This document shows, in pieces, positions 10,152 to 19,191 of a stretch of 64,000 nucleotides of DNA. Position numbers and translations under genes: made by a program. Every line of letters begins with the position of its first letter. Positions within the stretch are counted from its first letter, which is position 1. The notes below the pieces were generated by a model. It was not told the DNA's origin. It searched no databases and was given only the letters and a program-made list of their open reading frames with translations. Source of the stretch: a virus (taxonomy: Duplodnaviria > Caudoviricetes); the IMG/VR virus record IMGVR_UViG_3300033068_001924, positions 3,305-67,304 of that record. One strand, 5' to 3'.

Positions 10152-13021
10152 TGGCCGAATGGTGGGAAAACGATCCGGTCATCGCCGATACGGCGCCGCC
10201 GCTGGCTGACGGGCCGCAGGTCGCCGGCCCCGGCGGCGGCAATTGGTGGGACGCCGACCCGGTCATCGCCAAGTTCGATCCCGGGCGCTTCAAGATCGAG
10301 GACGGGCGGCAGTTCGAGCGCAGCATGACCGTGCCGCTCGCCGCCGAAGGTGACCGCCGCGCCAAGGGCAATCGCCGCCGCGTCGGGGCAGGAGGTGCCG
10401 CCGCTCTCGGCTTCGGCAATTGGGCTGGTATGGGCTTCGCCGACGAGGCGGTCGCCGGGCTGCAGACCGGCGCCGATTACCTGCTCGGCGATCTCGAAGA
10501 GGGTGAGAGCCTGCCGACCCGCTATAGCCGGCGCAAGAAGCGTTACGAGCAGCTCTCCGACGATGCATGGCAGGATCATCCCGGCGCCTATGCCGCCGGC
10601 GCCATCCCGGGCTTTGTCGCCTCGGCGGTGCTGACCCCGACCCTGCGCGCCTCGCAGGTTCTCAATGCCAGCGGCAAATTACTGGCAGGGGCACCGCGCG
10701 CTGCGCTGGAACGCCTCGCGATCCGACGCGCCGCCACCGAGGGTGCGCTCTCGACCGGCGCTACCACCGGCGCGCTCTGGGGCGGGATTTCCGGTTTCGG
10801 TGAGGGGGATTCGCTCGATGAGCGGCTGGCCAATGCCGGGCTCGGGCTCGGGCTTGGCGGCATCGGTGGTGGCATCCTCGGCAAGGTCGCCGACGATGTC
10901 GGCTCACGGATGTCGCGTCGGGCCGTGCAGGAAATTGCCGACGAGGGGGTTGCCAATGCGGCCCAGCGTGAGGCTGGTCAACATGGCATTACCCTGACCC
11001 GGGGGCAGGCCTCCGGCGATGTCGCGACGCAGGCGACCGAGAATTCGATGCGTACCGCCGGCTATGGTGATCCTGCTACCCGCATCGCGCAGGAGGCGAC
11101 CGAGCGCCAGCGCGGCCAGATGGCGGCGGCCAGTGACGACATCAACACCCGGATCGCCGGTGTCGACCCATCGACCGGCCTGCCGCGTGCGGTGATCAAC
11201 CAGCCCGACGAGGCCGGGACCCTGTTGAAGGGGGCAATTGAGCGCGAGGCGGTCGCCGGGCAGGCGGCGCTCGATGCCGCCAATGCCGGCGACGTCAATA
11301 CCGCCAAGGCGGTCGATGATCTGATTCAGCAGCAGCTCGGCAAGGGCCAGCAGCTGGTCGACAGCGATGTCTCCACCGGCGCCCGGGTTAAAGAGGGCAT
11401 TGCCCGCGCCAAGGAAGACAGTGGCAATATCCGCGATGCTGCCTACAAGGCCGCCGCCGATCTGCCGACTTCCCTGCGTCGCGAGGGCATCGAGGGCATG
11501 TCGGATCGCATCCGGCACAATATCACCTATAACCGCGAGCGCCCGGCGGTGGTGACCAAGGACACCACCAATGCGCTCGAAGCGCTGCGGATGATCGACG
11601 ACGTCGCGGAATTTCGTGGCCCCAACAATCTCGCCGACCCAGCCGGGATGCCGAGGGCCGAGGACATCGTGGCGATCTCGCCGGCCGGCATCGAGAATGT
11701 GCGCCAGCGCCTCGTGCAGCTGGCCCGCGCCGCCAACGGCAAGGCCCGCACCGGCGATTCCTCCGACGCCGTCGCGATGCGGGCGATCATGGAGGAATTC
11801 GACAACCAGCTTGAGCAGATTCGGATCAAGGGCCTGTTCGACGGCGACGATCGCTGGTTCGAAGCCTACAAGGCGGCGCGCGCCCTGCACAGCCAGCACA
11901 TGCGCAAGTTCCGCCCCGATGACGCGCTGAAATCAGCGATGCGCGATATCGTCGAGAAGGACGCCACGCCGGAACAGGTCGCCAATTATCTCTATGGTGG
12001 CACCAAGCTGGGTCAGTCGCGCACCTCGGCCCATCTTGCCGAGCATCTGAAAGGGGTGTTGGGCAAGGATTCCGAGGAATTTGCGGCGATCAAGCAGCGC
12101 GGCTGGCAGCGCCTGCTCGCTGTCGATGGCCAGATCGACCATGACAGCGCCTTAAAGGTCGCCAAGCGCATCGACGAGTTTTTGACGGACAAGGGCTCGA
12201 CGCTGGCCAAGACGCTCTATGACGACGCCGAGCGCCAGACCATGGCGCGCTACGCCCAAGGTCTGCGCAACATGTCGACCTCGAAGCGCACGCCCGGCCC
12301 GGCGCTTGAACAGATGTTGAAGATCGGCGGCAAGAATGCACAGCCGACCGAGCTGGCCCGCATGCTGGTCGGCGGCTCCGGCAACAAGGTGCTGCAGAAC
12401 GGCGATTCCGGTCGCCTCGTCGAGAGCCTGAAAGAGGTCTTTGGCGCTGATTCCGACGAGGTCCGCGCCGTCGCGCAAGCGGTCTGGCGCCAGCTCACCG
12501 ATGTGCCTGAGGGCACCACGCCGAAAGGGGCGCAGCAGATGGCGACGGCGATCAGCGCGCTCGTCAACGGCCCCGGCCGACCGACCGCCGAGAAGCTGTT
12601 TTCCTTTGCTCCGGGTCTGCTCGACGAGATGGGCGCCTATGCCAACACCCTGCGCCGGATCGCCGGATCGGCCGACGCCAAGAACCCGCCCAACACCGGC
12701 TCGCGCGTCTCCAAGCTGGTCAGCGAGCAGGGCCGGATGATCCTTGGCGCCCTCGGCATGGTCTCTGGCGGCGTCGATGGCGGCGTCAGTGCCTTCCTCT
12801 CGGCGCAGGGCGCGAGCATGGTCAGGGACCACGTCGCGGCCAGCAACGCCCGCCGGCTGTTCGGTGGCAGCAAGGCGCATTCGCTGTCACGCGGCATCGA
12901 GGACGGCTCTGGCGAGCTGGCGCTCGGCCTTGCCCGCAAGGGCCGCCGCCTGCCCGGCCCGGCGGCTGGCCAGATCGGCTATTTCGGCACCGGCGTCGCG
13001 GCCGATGAGGATGAGCGTTGA
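10151..13021 (+). CDS. Large internal virion/ejection protein 4
   Basis: 956 aa, N-terminal WW..DPV repeats, Ala-rich helical; last gene of the virion operon. Confidence 0.65.
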   Translation: MAEWWENDPVIADTAPPLADGPQVAGPGGGNWWDADPVIAKFDPGRFKIEDGRQFERSMTVPLAAEGDRRAKGNRRRVGAGGAAALGFGNWAGMGFADEAVAGLQTGADYLLGDLEEGESLPTRYSRRKKRYEQLSDDAWQDHPGAYAAGAIPGFVASAVLTPTLRASQVLNASGKLLAGAPRAALERLAIRRAATEGALSTGATTGALWGGISGFGEGDSLDERLANAGLGLGLGGIGGGILGKVADDVGSRMSRRAVQEIADEGVANAAQREAGQHGITLTRGQASGDVATQATENSMRTAGYGDPATRIAQEATERQRGQMAAASDDINTRIAGVDPSTGLPRAVINQPDEAGTLLKGAIEREAVAGQAALDAANAGDVNTAKAVDDLIQQQLGKGQQLVDSDVSTGARVKEGIARAKEDSGNIRDAAYKAAADLPTSLRREGIEGMSDRIRHNITYNRERPAVVTKDTTNALEALRMIDDVAEFRGPNNLADPAGMPRAEDIVAISPAGIENVRQRLVQLARAANGKARTGDSSDAVAMRAIMEEFDNQLEQIRIKGLFDGDDRWFEAYKAARALHSQHMRKFRPDDALKSAMRDIVEKDATPEQVANYLYGGTKLGQSRTSAHLAEHLKGVLGKDSEEFAAIKQRGWQRLLAVDGQIDHDSALKVAKRIDEFLTDKGSTLAKTLYDDAERQTMARYAQGLRNMSTSKRTPGPALEQMLKIGGKNAQPTELARMLVGGSGNKVLQNGDSGRLVESLKEVFGADSDEVRAVAQAVWRQLTDVPEGTTPKGAQQMATAISALVNGPGRPTAEKLFSFAPGLLDEMGAYANTLRRIAGSADAKNPPNTGSRVSKLVSEQGRMILGALGMVSGGVDGGVSAFLSAQGASMVRDHVAASNARRLFGGSKAHSLSRGIEDGSGELALGLARKGRRLPGPAAGQIGYFGTGVAADEDER

Positions 13022-13161
13022 CAGCCACGGCCATCGGCGCATAATCGCCGGGTGGTAATCCTATCCAGAGAGTACCCCGGGCCGGCCGCTGTGGTGGCGT
13101 CCAGCCCGGGCGATTCTCGAAAGAGGAGGTCGTCATGATCTCGCCCCAGCAATGGGGACTC

Positions 13162-13189
13162 AAAACCCGCTCCCAGAGGCGGGTTTTTT
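13162..13189 (+). terminator. Rho-independent terminator
   Basis: AAAACCCGC-TCCCAGAG-GCGGGTTTTTT; may act in both directions. Confidence 0.8.
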
Positions 13190-13204
13190 GATGCCGATTC
13201 TTTG

Positions 13205-13243
13205 GCCAAGCCTGTTGACATCTGTGGCTAATAGCCACAAAAT
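13205..13243 (+). promoter_or_regulatory. Sigma70-type promoter with operator
   Basis: GCCAAGCCTG-TTGACA(13215)-17 nt-CAAAAT; GTGGC-TAATA-GCCAC at 13224-13238. Confidence 0.75.
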
Positions 13244-13267
13244 GATCTCACGCAACAGGAGATCGCC

Positions 13268-13912
13268 ATGGCCCGCACCGCTCAAGACCGCCTCACCGCC
13301 GCTGCTGCCGCCTTCGAATCCGGGTTCCTGTCCATGGCGGCCAAGAAGCGGGCCCTCGACGATCTCAACCGCGCCTACGACGAAATTCGCCGTGGTGCGC
13401 ATGATCGCCAGATCACTGCCGCCAACAACAACCCGGGCATGAACAACGACGGCGAAAACCGGATGGCGTTTTTTGCGAAACACGACCTCCCCTTCGACCT
13501 GCATCAGGTCCGCGACCGCCATATCGAGATCATCGGTCTCTGGAGCGATGATGCCAACCTCGTCCGCGAGCTGATCGCCCTGCGTGCCGCGATCAAGGAA
13601 GCTGCGATCGCCCCAGCCCCTGCCAAGCCCGAGATCGAGGTGCGCGCCGAGACCGTCCGTCGCACGATCGTCGAGGAGATGGCACGCCGCAAAAGCCTGT
13701 TCGTCGAAGGGCTCGACCTCGGCCGCCTCTGGAACGAGATGTTTCCCGGCAAGGATGGTGAAATCAGCCTGCCGGTATCGGTCAACGCGCACTGGGTCCA
13801 TGGCCACAAGGGCGCGCATTTCGTCCGTCACTTTTTCTACCTGCGCGGCAAGCTGACCCCGCTCAACACCATCCTTGCCATCGCCGAACAACTGGAGCGG
13901 GAGAAGGCGTAA
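13268..13912 (+). CDS. Hypothetical early protein
   Basis: 214 aa, AGGAG RBS, own promoter and terminator. Confidence 0.7.
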   Translation: MARTAQDRLTAAAAAFESGFLSMAAKKRALDDLNRAYDEIRRGAHDRQITAANNNPGMNNDGENRMAFFAKHDLPFDLHQVRDRHIEIIGLWSDDANLVRELIALRAAIKEAAIAPAPAKPEIEVRAETVRRTIVEEMARRKSLFVEGLDLGRLWNEMFPGKDGEISLPVSVNAHWVHGHKGAHFVRHFFYLRGKLTPLNTILAIAEQLEREKA

Positions 13913-13929
13913 GCCTCGCCCTCTCCAGC

Positions 13930-13949
13930 AGGCCCTTCGGGGCCTTTTT
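13930..13949 (+). terminator. Rho-independent terminator
   Basis: AGGCCC-TTCG-GGGCCT followed by a T run. Confidence 0.85.
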
Positions 13950-13954
13950 CTTTG

Positions 13955-13993
13955 GCCAAGCCTGTTGACACCCGTGGCCTATTGCCACAAAAT
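13955..13993 (+). promoter_or_regulatory. Sigma70-type promoter with operator
   Basis: GCCAAGCCTG-TTGACA(13965)-17 nt-CAAAAT; GTGGC-CTATT-GCCAC at 13974-13988. Confidence 0.75.
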
Positions 13994-14038
13994 AGGGGCA
14001 GGCCGCTCCCGGCCATTCCTGAGACAAGGACCGCGATC

Positions 14039-15541
14039 ATGACCTTCGTTCCCTCCCCGCAGCAGGCTGACGTTTTCAAATTCATCGCCACCCAGCGTGG
14101 CAACGCCTTCGTCGAGGCCGTCGCCGGCGCCGGCAAGACCACCACCCTCATCCATGCCTGCAAGCTGCTCTCCGGCAAAAAGATCGCGTTCGCGGCCTAC
14201 AACAAGAAAATCGCCGTCGAGATCGGCGCCAAGACCAAGGCGGCCGGGCTCAACAATGTCTATGCCGGCACCTTCCACTCTTTCGGCTACAGCGCCGTGC
14301 GCAAGGTATTCCCGAACGCCAAGCTGGATGAGCGCGCCAAGTGGAATCTGATCTGTCTCAACACCGGCATGCCCGAGCAATATGCGGCCTTCGCCAAGCG
14401 TGCCGTCTCGCTCGCCAAGAACAACGGCCTGCGGCCGGATCAGGCTGACGACACCCGGTTCTGGATGGGGCTGGTCGAGCATTTCTCGCTTGATGACATG
14501 CTCGAGGATGAGGAGGGGGTGACGGCCGAGCAGAGCCTCGCCAACGCCCTTAACGCCACCCGCGAGGCCTTCATCGCCGGCAACGAGCTGCGTGCCGAGC
14601 TGATCGATTTCGACGACATGATCTATCTCGCTCTGATCTACGCCCGGCGGCAGGTCTGGCAGCACGACGTCGTCATGGTTGACGAGGCGCAGGACACCAA
14701 CCCGGCCCGGCGCGAACTGGCGGCCCTGATGATGAAGCGCAACGGCCGGATTTTCTTCGTCGGCGACCGCCATCAGGCGATCTACGGCTTCACCGGCGCC
14801 GATGCCGACGCGGTCGACCAGATCATCGAGCAGTTCGAGTGCGTCCGCCTGCCGCTGACCGTCACCTACCGTTGCCCGAAAACCGTGGTCACCGCCGCAC
14901 AAGCCTATGTCAGCCATATTCATGCGCACGAGAGCGCCCCTGACGGCTCCGTCACCAGCGTCGTCTATGACGATTTCGGCAAGGCTTACGCTGCCCTCGG
15001 CCCGCAGGATGCCATCCTGTGCCGCAAGACCAAGCCGCTGGTGACGCTCGCCTACGACCTTATCCGCAACCACATCGCCTGCCATGTCGAGGGGCGCGAC
15101 ATCGGCCAAGGCCTAATCGAGCTGACCAACAAGTGGAAAAAAATCAAATCGGTCGGGCCGTTCCTCGCCAAGCTGGAGGAATTCACTGAGAAACGCGCCA
15201 AAAAGTTCGAGCAGGATGGCAAGGATGCGCAGGCCGAGGCCTTGCGCGATCGTTACGACACCATGGTCGTGATCTGTCAGGGCAAGACGAGTCTCGATCA
15301 GGTCCGCGCCGCGATCTACGACCTGTTTCAGGATACCGAGAGCGGTCAGCCGTCGCCTAATCTGACCCTGTCGACGGTGCACAAGGCCAAGGGCCGCGAG
15401 TGGCACCACGTCTACGTCTATGGCTTCCGCGATTACATGCCATCGCCGATGGCCAAGCAGGCGTGGGAGATCGAGCAGGAGATCAACCTGATCTACGTCG
15501 CCTTCACCCGGGCGCAGTCCACTTTGACGCTGGTGGGATAA
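14039..15541 (+). CDS. UvrD/Rep-like superfamily 1 helicase
   Basis: AVAGAGKTT (Walker A), VDEAQD (Walker B), VGD.HQAIYGFTGA, STVHKAKGREW, YVAFTRA. Confidence 0.9.
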   Translation: MTFVPSPQQADVFKFIATQRGNAFVEAVAGAGKTTTLIHACKLLSGKKIAFAAYNKKIAVEIGAKTKAAGLNNVYAGTFHSFGYSAVRKVFPNAKLDERAKWNLICLNTGMPEQYAAFAKRAVSLAKNNGLRPDQADDTRFWMGLVEHFSLDDMLEDEEGVTAEQSLANALNATREAFIAGNELRAELIDFDDMIYLALIYARRQVWQHDVVMVDEAQDTNPARRELAALMMKRNGRIFFVGDRHQAIYGFTGADADAVDQIIEQFECVRLPLTVTYRCPKTVVTAAQAYVSHIHAHESAPDGSVTSVVYDDFGKAYAALGPQDAILCRKTKPLVTLAYDLIRNHIACHVEGRDIGQGLIELTNKWKKIKSVGPFLAKLEEFTEKRAKKFEQDGKDAQAEALRDRYDTMVVICQGKTSLDQVRAAIYDLFQDTESGQPSPNLTLSTVHKAKGREWHHVYVYGFRDYMPSPMAKQAWEIEQEINLIYVAFTRAQSTLTLVG

Positions 15542-15542
15542 A

Positions 15543-15743
15543 ATGACAGTACCCTACGATCGCATCGGCGAGCTGGAGAAAGCGATTCTCCGACTCGAAC
15601 GGGACATTGCCGCCGAGAAGGTCAAGAACGGCCTGCAGGACCGGGATATTGCCGGCATAAGGGCAGTTCTCAGCGGTGACCTCCCTGATATCATCAAGGC
15701 TGTCGGCATCATCCACAGCCGCACCAAGCAGCCAAGATCATGA
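15543..15743 (+). CDS. Hypothetical protein
   Basis: 66-aa ORF directly after the helicase. Confidence 0.5.
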   Translation: MTVPYDRIGELEKAILRLERDIAAEKVKNGLQDRDIAGIRAVLSGDLPDIIKAVGIIHSRTKQPRS

Positions 15744-15797
15744 GCTGCTTCGATTGCGATGACGGGCCGTGCTACATGAATTGCGGCCCGGTTGCGT

Positions 15798-15835
15798 CCA
15801 AGCCTGTTGACATCCGTGGCGAACTGCCACAAATT
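15798..15835 (+). promoter_or_regulatory. Sigma70-type promoter with operator
   Basis: CCAAGCCTG-TTGACA(15807)-17 nt-CAAATT; GTGGC-GAACT-GCCAC at 15816-15830. Confidence 0.7.
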
Positions 15836-15871
15836 AAGGGCAGGCAATCACGCCGCCTGAGGGGACCTGTC

Positions 15872-16102
15872 ATGAAACTCATTCACTTCGCCAAGGTCGA
15901 AATTCCCGCCGCGCCGCTAAAGCTACAGCGCAAGTTCTATTTCTCCAGCCAGCAGGAGCTGGAGGCATTCATTCGCAAGGCCGCCGAATCTGTCCCCGGT
16001 ATCCGCATCCCCGGCTTCGGCATCGAGCACCTGATGACCGCCGGTGAGGTGATTGCCGAATGCCAGCGCGAGGCCGCCTCGGTCGACGCCCTGCACATCT
16101 GA
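15872..16102 (+). CDS. Hypothetical protein
   Basis: GAGGGG RBS then ATG 15872, downstream of the promoter cassette. Confidence 0.6.
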   Translation: MKLIHFAKVEIPAAPLKLQRKFYFSSQQELEAFIRKAAESVPGIRIPGFGIEHLMTAGEVIAECQREAASVDALHI

Positions 16103-16107
16103 CCACC

Positions 16108-16142
16108 CCCTTCCGCTCTATCCCCCGGCCGAGGTAAGTCGC
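16108..16142 (+). promoter_or_regulatory. Candidate late promoter of the lysis cassette
   Basis: CCCTTCCGCTCTATC-N10-GGTAAGTCGC; first 15 bp identical to 53639-53653. Confidence 0.55.
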
Positions 16143-16173
16143 ACCTCGGCCGTTTTGCGTCGGGGGGATCGAA

Positions 16174-16440
16174 ATGAAGCTGCTCTCCAATTGGCGAGAG
16201 ATCGTCAAAAAGGCGTGGTCGATGCGCGCCGCCGCGCTCGCCACCGTTCTCTCCGGTCTCGCTGTCGCGCTGCCAATGATCAGCGCCGAGGGCTGGGAAA
16301 ACTGGCTTGCCGCCGGCGCATTCTTCTCGACTGTTGGTGCCTTTCTCGCCTCGATCGGCGTCGGCATCACCCGGGTGGTCGATCAGGGCATCGCCAGCGG
16401 CGTAGCCCCGGATCATCCCGACGATCCGACGTTCATCTGA
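16174..16440 (+). CDS. Putative holin
   Basis: 88 aa, two hydrophobic helices, MKLLSNWREIVKKAWS start; directly upstream of the endolysin. Confidence 0.65.
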   Translation: MKLLSNWREIVKKAWSMRAAALATVLSGLAVALPMISAEGWENWLAAGAFFSTVGAFLASIGVGITRVVDQGIASGVAPDHPDDPTFI

Positions 16441-16441
16441 C

Positions 16442-17026
16442 ATGGCGAGGCAAAAACTGGTCCCGTCAAAGCGGGCGAGCGCGGCGATTTTCAGCGTCCT
16501 TGCTCTGGCTGTCGCCGGGTATGTCTCACTCCCGACCGGGGAGAAAGTGCCGCCGTCTGTGGTGATCGCCATGGATCATCTTATCCAGCCATGGGAGGGG
16601 GTCGAGCTTCGAGCCTACCTCGACCGGATCGCGAAGCCGCCGGTCTGGACGATCTGCGCCGGCGACACCAACAACGTGCGCGCGGGCATGGTCGAGACCC
16701 CGGCTGGCTGTGACAAACGCCTGCGCACGCGGCTGATCGCGGATTACTATCGGCCCCTGACCCGTTGTGTTGCGGGGTTCGACGGCAAGCCGCCCTCTTG
16801 GGGGGCGATGATGATTTCCCTGTCGTGGAATATCGGCGTATCGGCCGCCTGCAAATCCACGGCAGCGCGACTCGGCCGCGAGGGTAAATATCTCGACAGC
16901 TGTCATGCGGCAACGGCCTTTAATCGGGCTGGCGGCAAGGTTGTCATAGGTCTCGTCAAGCGCCGGGAGATGGGGGATAAAACCCGCATCGGCGAAGGCG
17001 AGCTGTGTGTGAGTGGTCTGCTGTGA
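16442..17026 (+). CDS. Endolysin, GH24 lysozyme, possible SAR type
   Basis: WEG..LRAYLD...WTICAGDT catalytic E-D-T pattern; GLVKRR..E near the C-terminus; weakly hydrophobic N-terminal helix. Confidence 0.85.
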   Translation: MARQKLVPSKRASAAIFSVLALAVAGYVSLPTGEKVPPSVVIAMDHLIQPWEGVELRAYLDRIAKPPVWTICAGDTNNVRAGMVETPAGCDKRLRTRLIADYYRPLTRCVAGFDGKPPSWGAMMISLSWNIGVSAACKSTAARLGREGKYLDSCHAATAFNRAGGKVVIGLVKRREMGDKTRIGEGELCVSGLL

Positions 17027-17397
17027 TCGATAAACTGCTCGGCCTGACATGGCTTAAAGCCGCCATCGCCGGTCTTATCGCGGTGGCGATCGGCATCTCG
17101 GTCATCGGCCACGTCGCCAACCGCCGGGCGACCCGTCTGGCGCAGGTCGAAGCCGCCATCAAACAGGGCCGGGAAGCCGAGCGCAAGGACTGGGTGGCGG
17201 CACGGGACGCCGAGATGGCCCGGCAGGCCGAGGTCAGCGCCAAAGCCGTCTCAGCGGCGCTCGCAGAGGTTTCCCGGCTCAACGACGAGAACGCAGCGCT
17301 CGAAGCGGCGTTGAAGGAGGCAGAACGTGAAGCAGCTCTTGATCCTGATGCTGGCCGCGCCTGTCTTGGCGATGACAGCCTGCGCCGCCTCCGTTGA
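17023..17397 (+). CDS. Inner-membrane spanin (Rz-like)
   Basis: N-terminal TM plus coiled coil; GTGA overlap with the endolysin stop. Confidence 0.75.
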   Translation: MIDKLLGLTWLKAAIAGLIAVAIGISVIGHVANRRATRLAQVEAAIKQGREAERKDWVAARDAEMARQAEVSAKAVSAALAEVSRLNDENAALEAALKEAEREAALDPDAGRACLGDDSLRRLR

Positions 17398-17614
17398 CCG
17401 GCGCCCGGCCTATCTCGACCTGCGTGCTGCGCCGGCGCCTCTGCTGGCGCCCTGTGCGGCGCCGGTCGACCTGACCGGGGTGCGCGGCACCCAGCTGGTG
17501 GTCGAAACCCTCTGGGGGCGCGACCGGGCGGCGCTAAAAGTCTGCCGAGCCCGCCACGACGCGCTCGGCAGGTATTATGTCGATCGTGATCAGGCCTTGG
17601 TCCACGGCCGGTGA
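17327..17614 (+). CDS. Outer-membrane lipoprotein spanin (Rz1-like)
   Basis: Signal peptide with lipobox-like AMTAC, Pro-rich, overlaps the 3' end of the i-spanin. Confidence 0.75.
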   Translation: MKQLLILMLAAPVLAMTACAASVDRRPAYLDLRAAPAPLLAPCAAPVDLTGVRGTQLVVETLWGRDRAALKVCRARHDALGRYYVDRDQALVHGR

Positions 17615-17871
17615 TAGCCGATCTGGCGGGCGACAAAATCCATCGTTGCTCCCTGCGGCCGGCGGGTCTCGCCGAGCTGCCACTTGCGAATGCAGGAGCG
17701 GCTGACGCCGGATTTCTCGCATAGCTCGGACAGATTCGGTTTGCGCTTGTTGAGCAGCGCCACCAGCTCGACCATCGCCCGGTCGGCGGGCGCCGGAGTG
17801 CGCTGGGCGAGTTTCGCTGCTGACCGGCGTTTGTGTTTGCGCTCGAAGCGCACGACGTTGGTTCTTGCCAT
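17590..17871 (-). CDS. XRE/Cro-CI-type HTH regulator
   Basis: LSELCEKSGVSRSCIRKWQLGETRRPQGATMDFVARQIG pattern. Confidence 0.75.
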   Translation of the reverse strand: MARTNVVRFERKHKRRSAAKLAQRTPAPADRAMVELVALLNKRKPNLSELCEKSGVSRSCIRKWQLGETRRPQGATMDFVARQIGYHRPWTKA

Positions 17872-17877
17872 ATGAGA

Positions 17878-18315
17878 TTACCCCTCTTTTTGGCGTTTGG
17901 CGGGAAAGCCCCGGGATTCCAGTTTTCGGCCTTTCGGCCACTGGCTCTTCTTTCTGGCCTTTCGGCTGTCGTCAGGCAAGGTCTTCTCTGCTGCCAGCAA
18001 GGCGCGGCGGGCATCCTCGATCCGCTTAACCTTAGCGGCCTGCGAGGTGTCGCCACCGCCGTTCGAGGAATACTTCGATTCCCCTTTGCGGCCGGTGGTC
18101 TTGACGGCGTGGTCCTTGCGCCGCAGTGGCCGCAGGTAGCGCGGGTCATGCTGCGGCGGGTCCCAGTCGCTGCCATCTGCCTTGACCGGCCGCAGCGCCA
18201 GCGCCGGGAAGTGATCCCAGTCAATGTCCTCGCCGGGCTCAAAGCCGAGTAGAATCAGGCAGACCGCCAGCTTGGTGCCGACCGAGGGCGGCTTGCGCTT
18301 CGGGCTGTCAGCCAT
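17878..18315 (-). CDS. HNH-like protein, probably degenerate
   Basis: DWDH...H.VKT...D....AKVKR and a basic tail typical of small phage HNH proteins; no Zn cysteines. Confidence 0.45.
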   Translation of the reverse strand: MADSPKRKPPSVGTKLAVCLILLGFEPGEDIDWDHFPALALRPVKADGSDWDPPQHDPRYLRPLRRKDHAVKTTGRKGESKYSSNGGGDTSQAAKVKRIEDARRALLAAEKTLPDDSRKARKKSQWPKGRKLESRGFPAKRQKEG

Positions 18316-18318
18316 CTC

Positions 18319-18696
18319 TCACTCTCCGATGTGCCGCTTGGCGGATAGCGCGCATGATTTCGAGTTCATTGGCCGTTTGCGATCTACCTCCCAGCCGACG
18401 ACTCGCTTGATAGCGTCATACTGGGCCTCGACGGTACGGTCGACGGCATCCTTTAGTCCGTCGAGGTATTCCCGTGGATCGCGCAGCCGGAAGTTTTGCG
18501 GCCCCCAGCGGTAGCGCCCGATGACATTGTCGGCGCGCAGCTCGGCCGGTGACCACCACAGGTCCTGATAATGGCAATACAGCCAGAGCCCTTCCGCCTC
18601 GGCCTTGGCGATCAGGGCCTCGCGCGCTGCATGAGCGCGAGCAAGGGCCTCGTTGCCGTCCTTGATAGCCTTGTCGATGTCATTCGGCGTTATCAT
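18319..18696 (-). CDS. Hypothetical protein
   Basis: GGGGAG RBS before ATG 18696; within the leftward operon. Confidence 0.6.
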   Translation of the reverse strand: MITPNDIDKAIKDGNEALARAHAAREALIAKAEAEGLWLYCHYQDLWWSPAELRADNVIGRYRWGPQNFRLRDPREYLDGLKDAVDRTVEAQYDAIKRVVGWEVDRKRPMNSKSCALSAKRHIGE

Positions 18697-19186
18697 CGTA
18701 CATCTCCCCTTCATCCTTGCCACGGTTGCCTTTCTTGGCGTCGGCGTAAGTATAGCCTAGCATCTTCTCTACCTCCTGAATGAAGGCTTTCTTCTGCCCC
18801 GGCATAATGTAGGTAAAAATGAAGTCGAAAGCGCGGTCGCAGAACTCCTTGTAATCTTCCCAGTTACTTTCGAGATCAGATGTCGATCTCATCTCCTTGA
18901 TGAAATTCATATCATGATCAATAACGATATTATAATAATCAAGCGCATGCTTGATAGCGACGTGTAGTTGTTTGGGGTAATGATAGTAAGGACTGTTGTC
19001 ACAGACCCGGCCGAGAATTGCCCAGTAGAGATTGCGCAATTTGGCAGACGGTGGGGTATGATCCTCGGCGACTATCAGCGCATTTTGTTTTTTTTTCGCG
19101 AGCCATTCCCAGTCTTTCTTGTAGGCTGGGACGAGGAATCCTCCCGGGAATTCCCGGGAGACGTGCTTGCGCAAGAGGACACCCAT
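18680..19186 (-). CDS. DUF1367/NinB-like recombination-associated protein
   Basis: LYWAIL...LH..IK..L...STS...Y.EF.DRA pattern; follows ERF; AT-rich. Confidence 0.5.
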   Translation of the reverse strand: MGVLLRKHVSREFPGGFLVPAYKKDWEWLAKKKQNALIVAEDHTPPSAKLRNLYWAILGRVCDNSPYYHYPKQLHVAIKHALDYYNIVIDHDMNFIKEMRSTSDLESNWEDYKEFCDRAFDFIFTYIMPGQKKAFIQEVEKMLGYTYADAKKGNRGKDEGEMYDDNAE

Positions 19187-19191
19187 GACCC

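Noticed and set aside
10151-13021. Tape measure protein
   Set aside because: No tail tube or tail chaperone genes nearby; context fits podovirus ejection proteins
13022-13160. Self-cleaving ribozyme
   Set aside because: No hammerhead core (CUGANGA...GAAA) and no convincing HDV or twister topology
15740-15871. N-terminal extension MSCFDCDDG... of the 15740 ORF
   Set aside because: It spans a promoter-operator cassette, and a better RBS lies before ATG 15872
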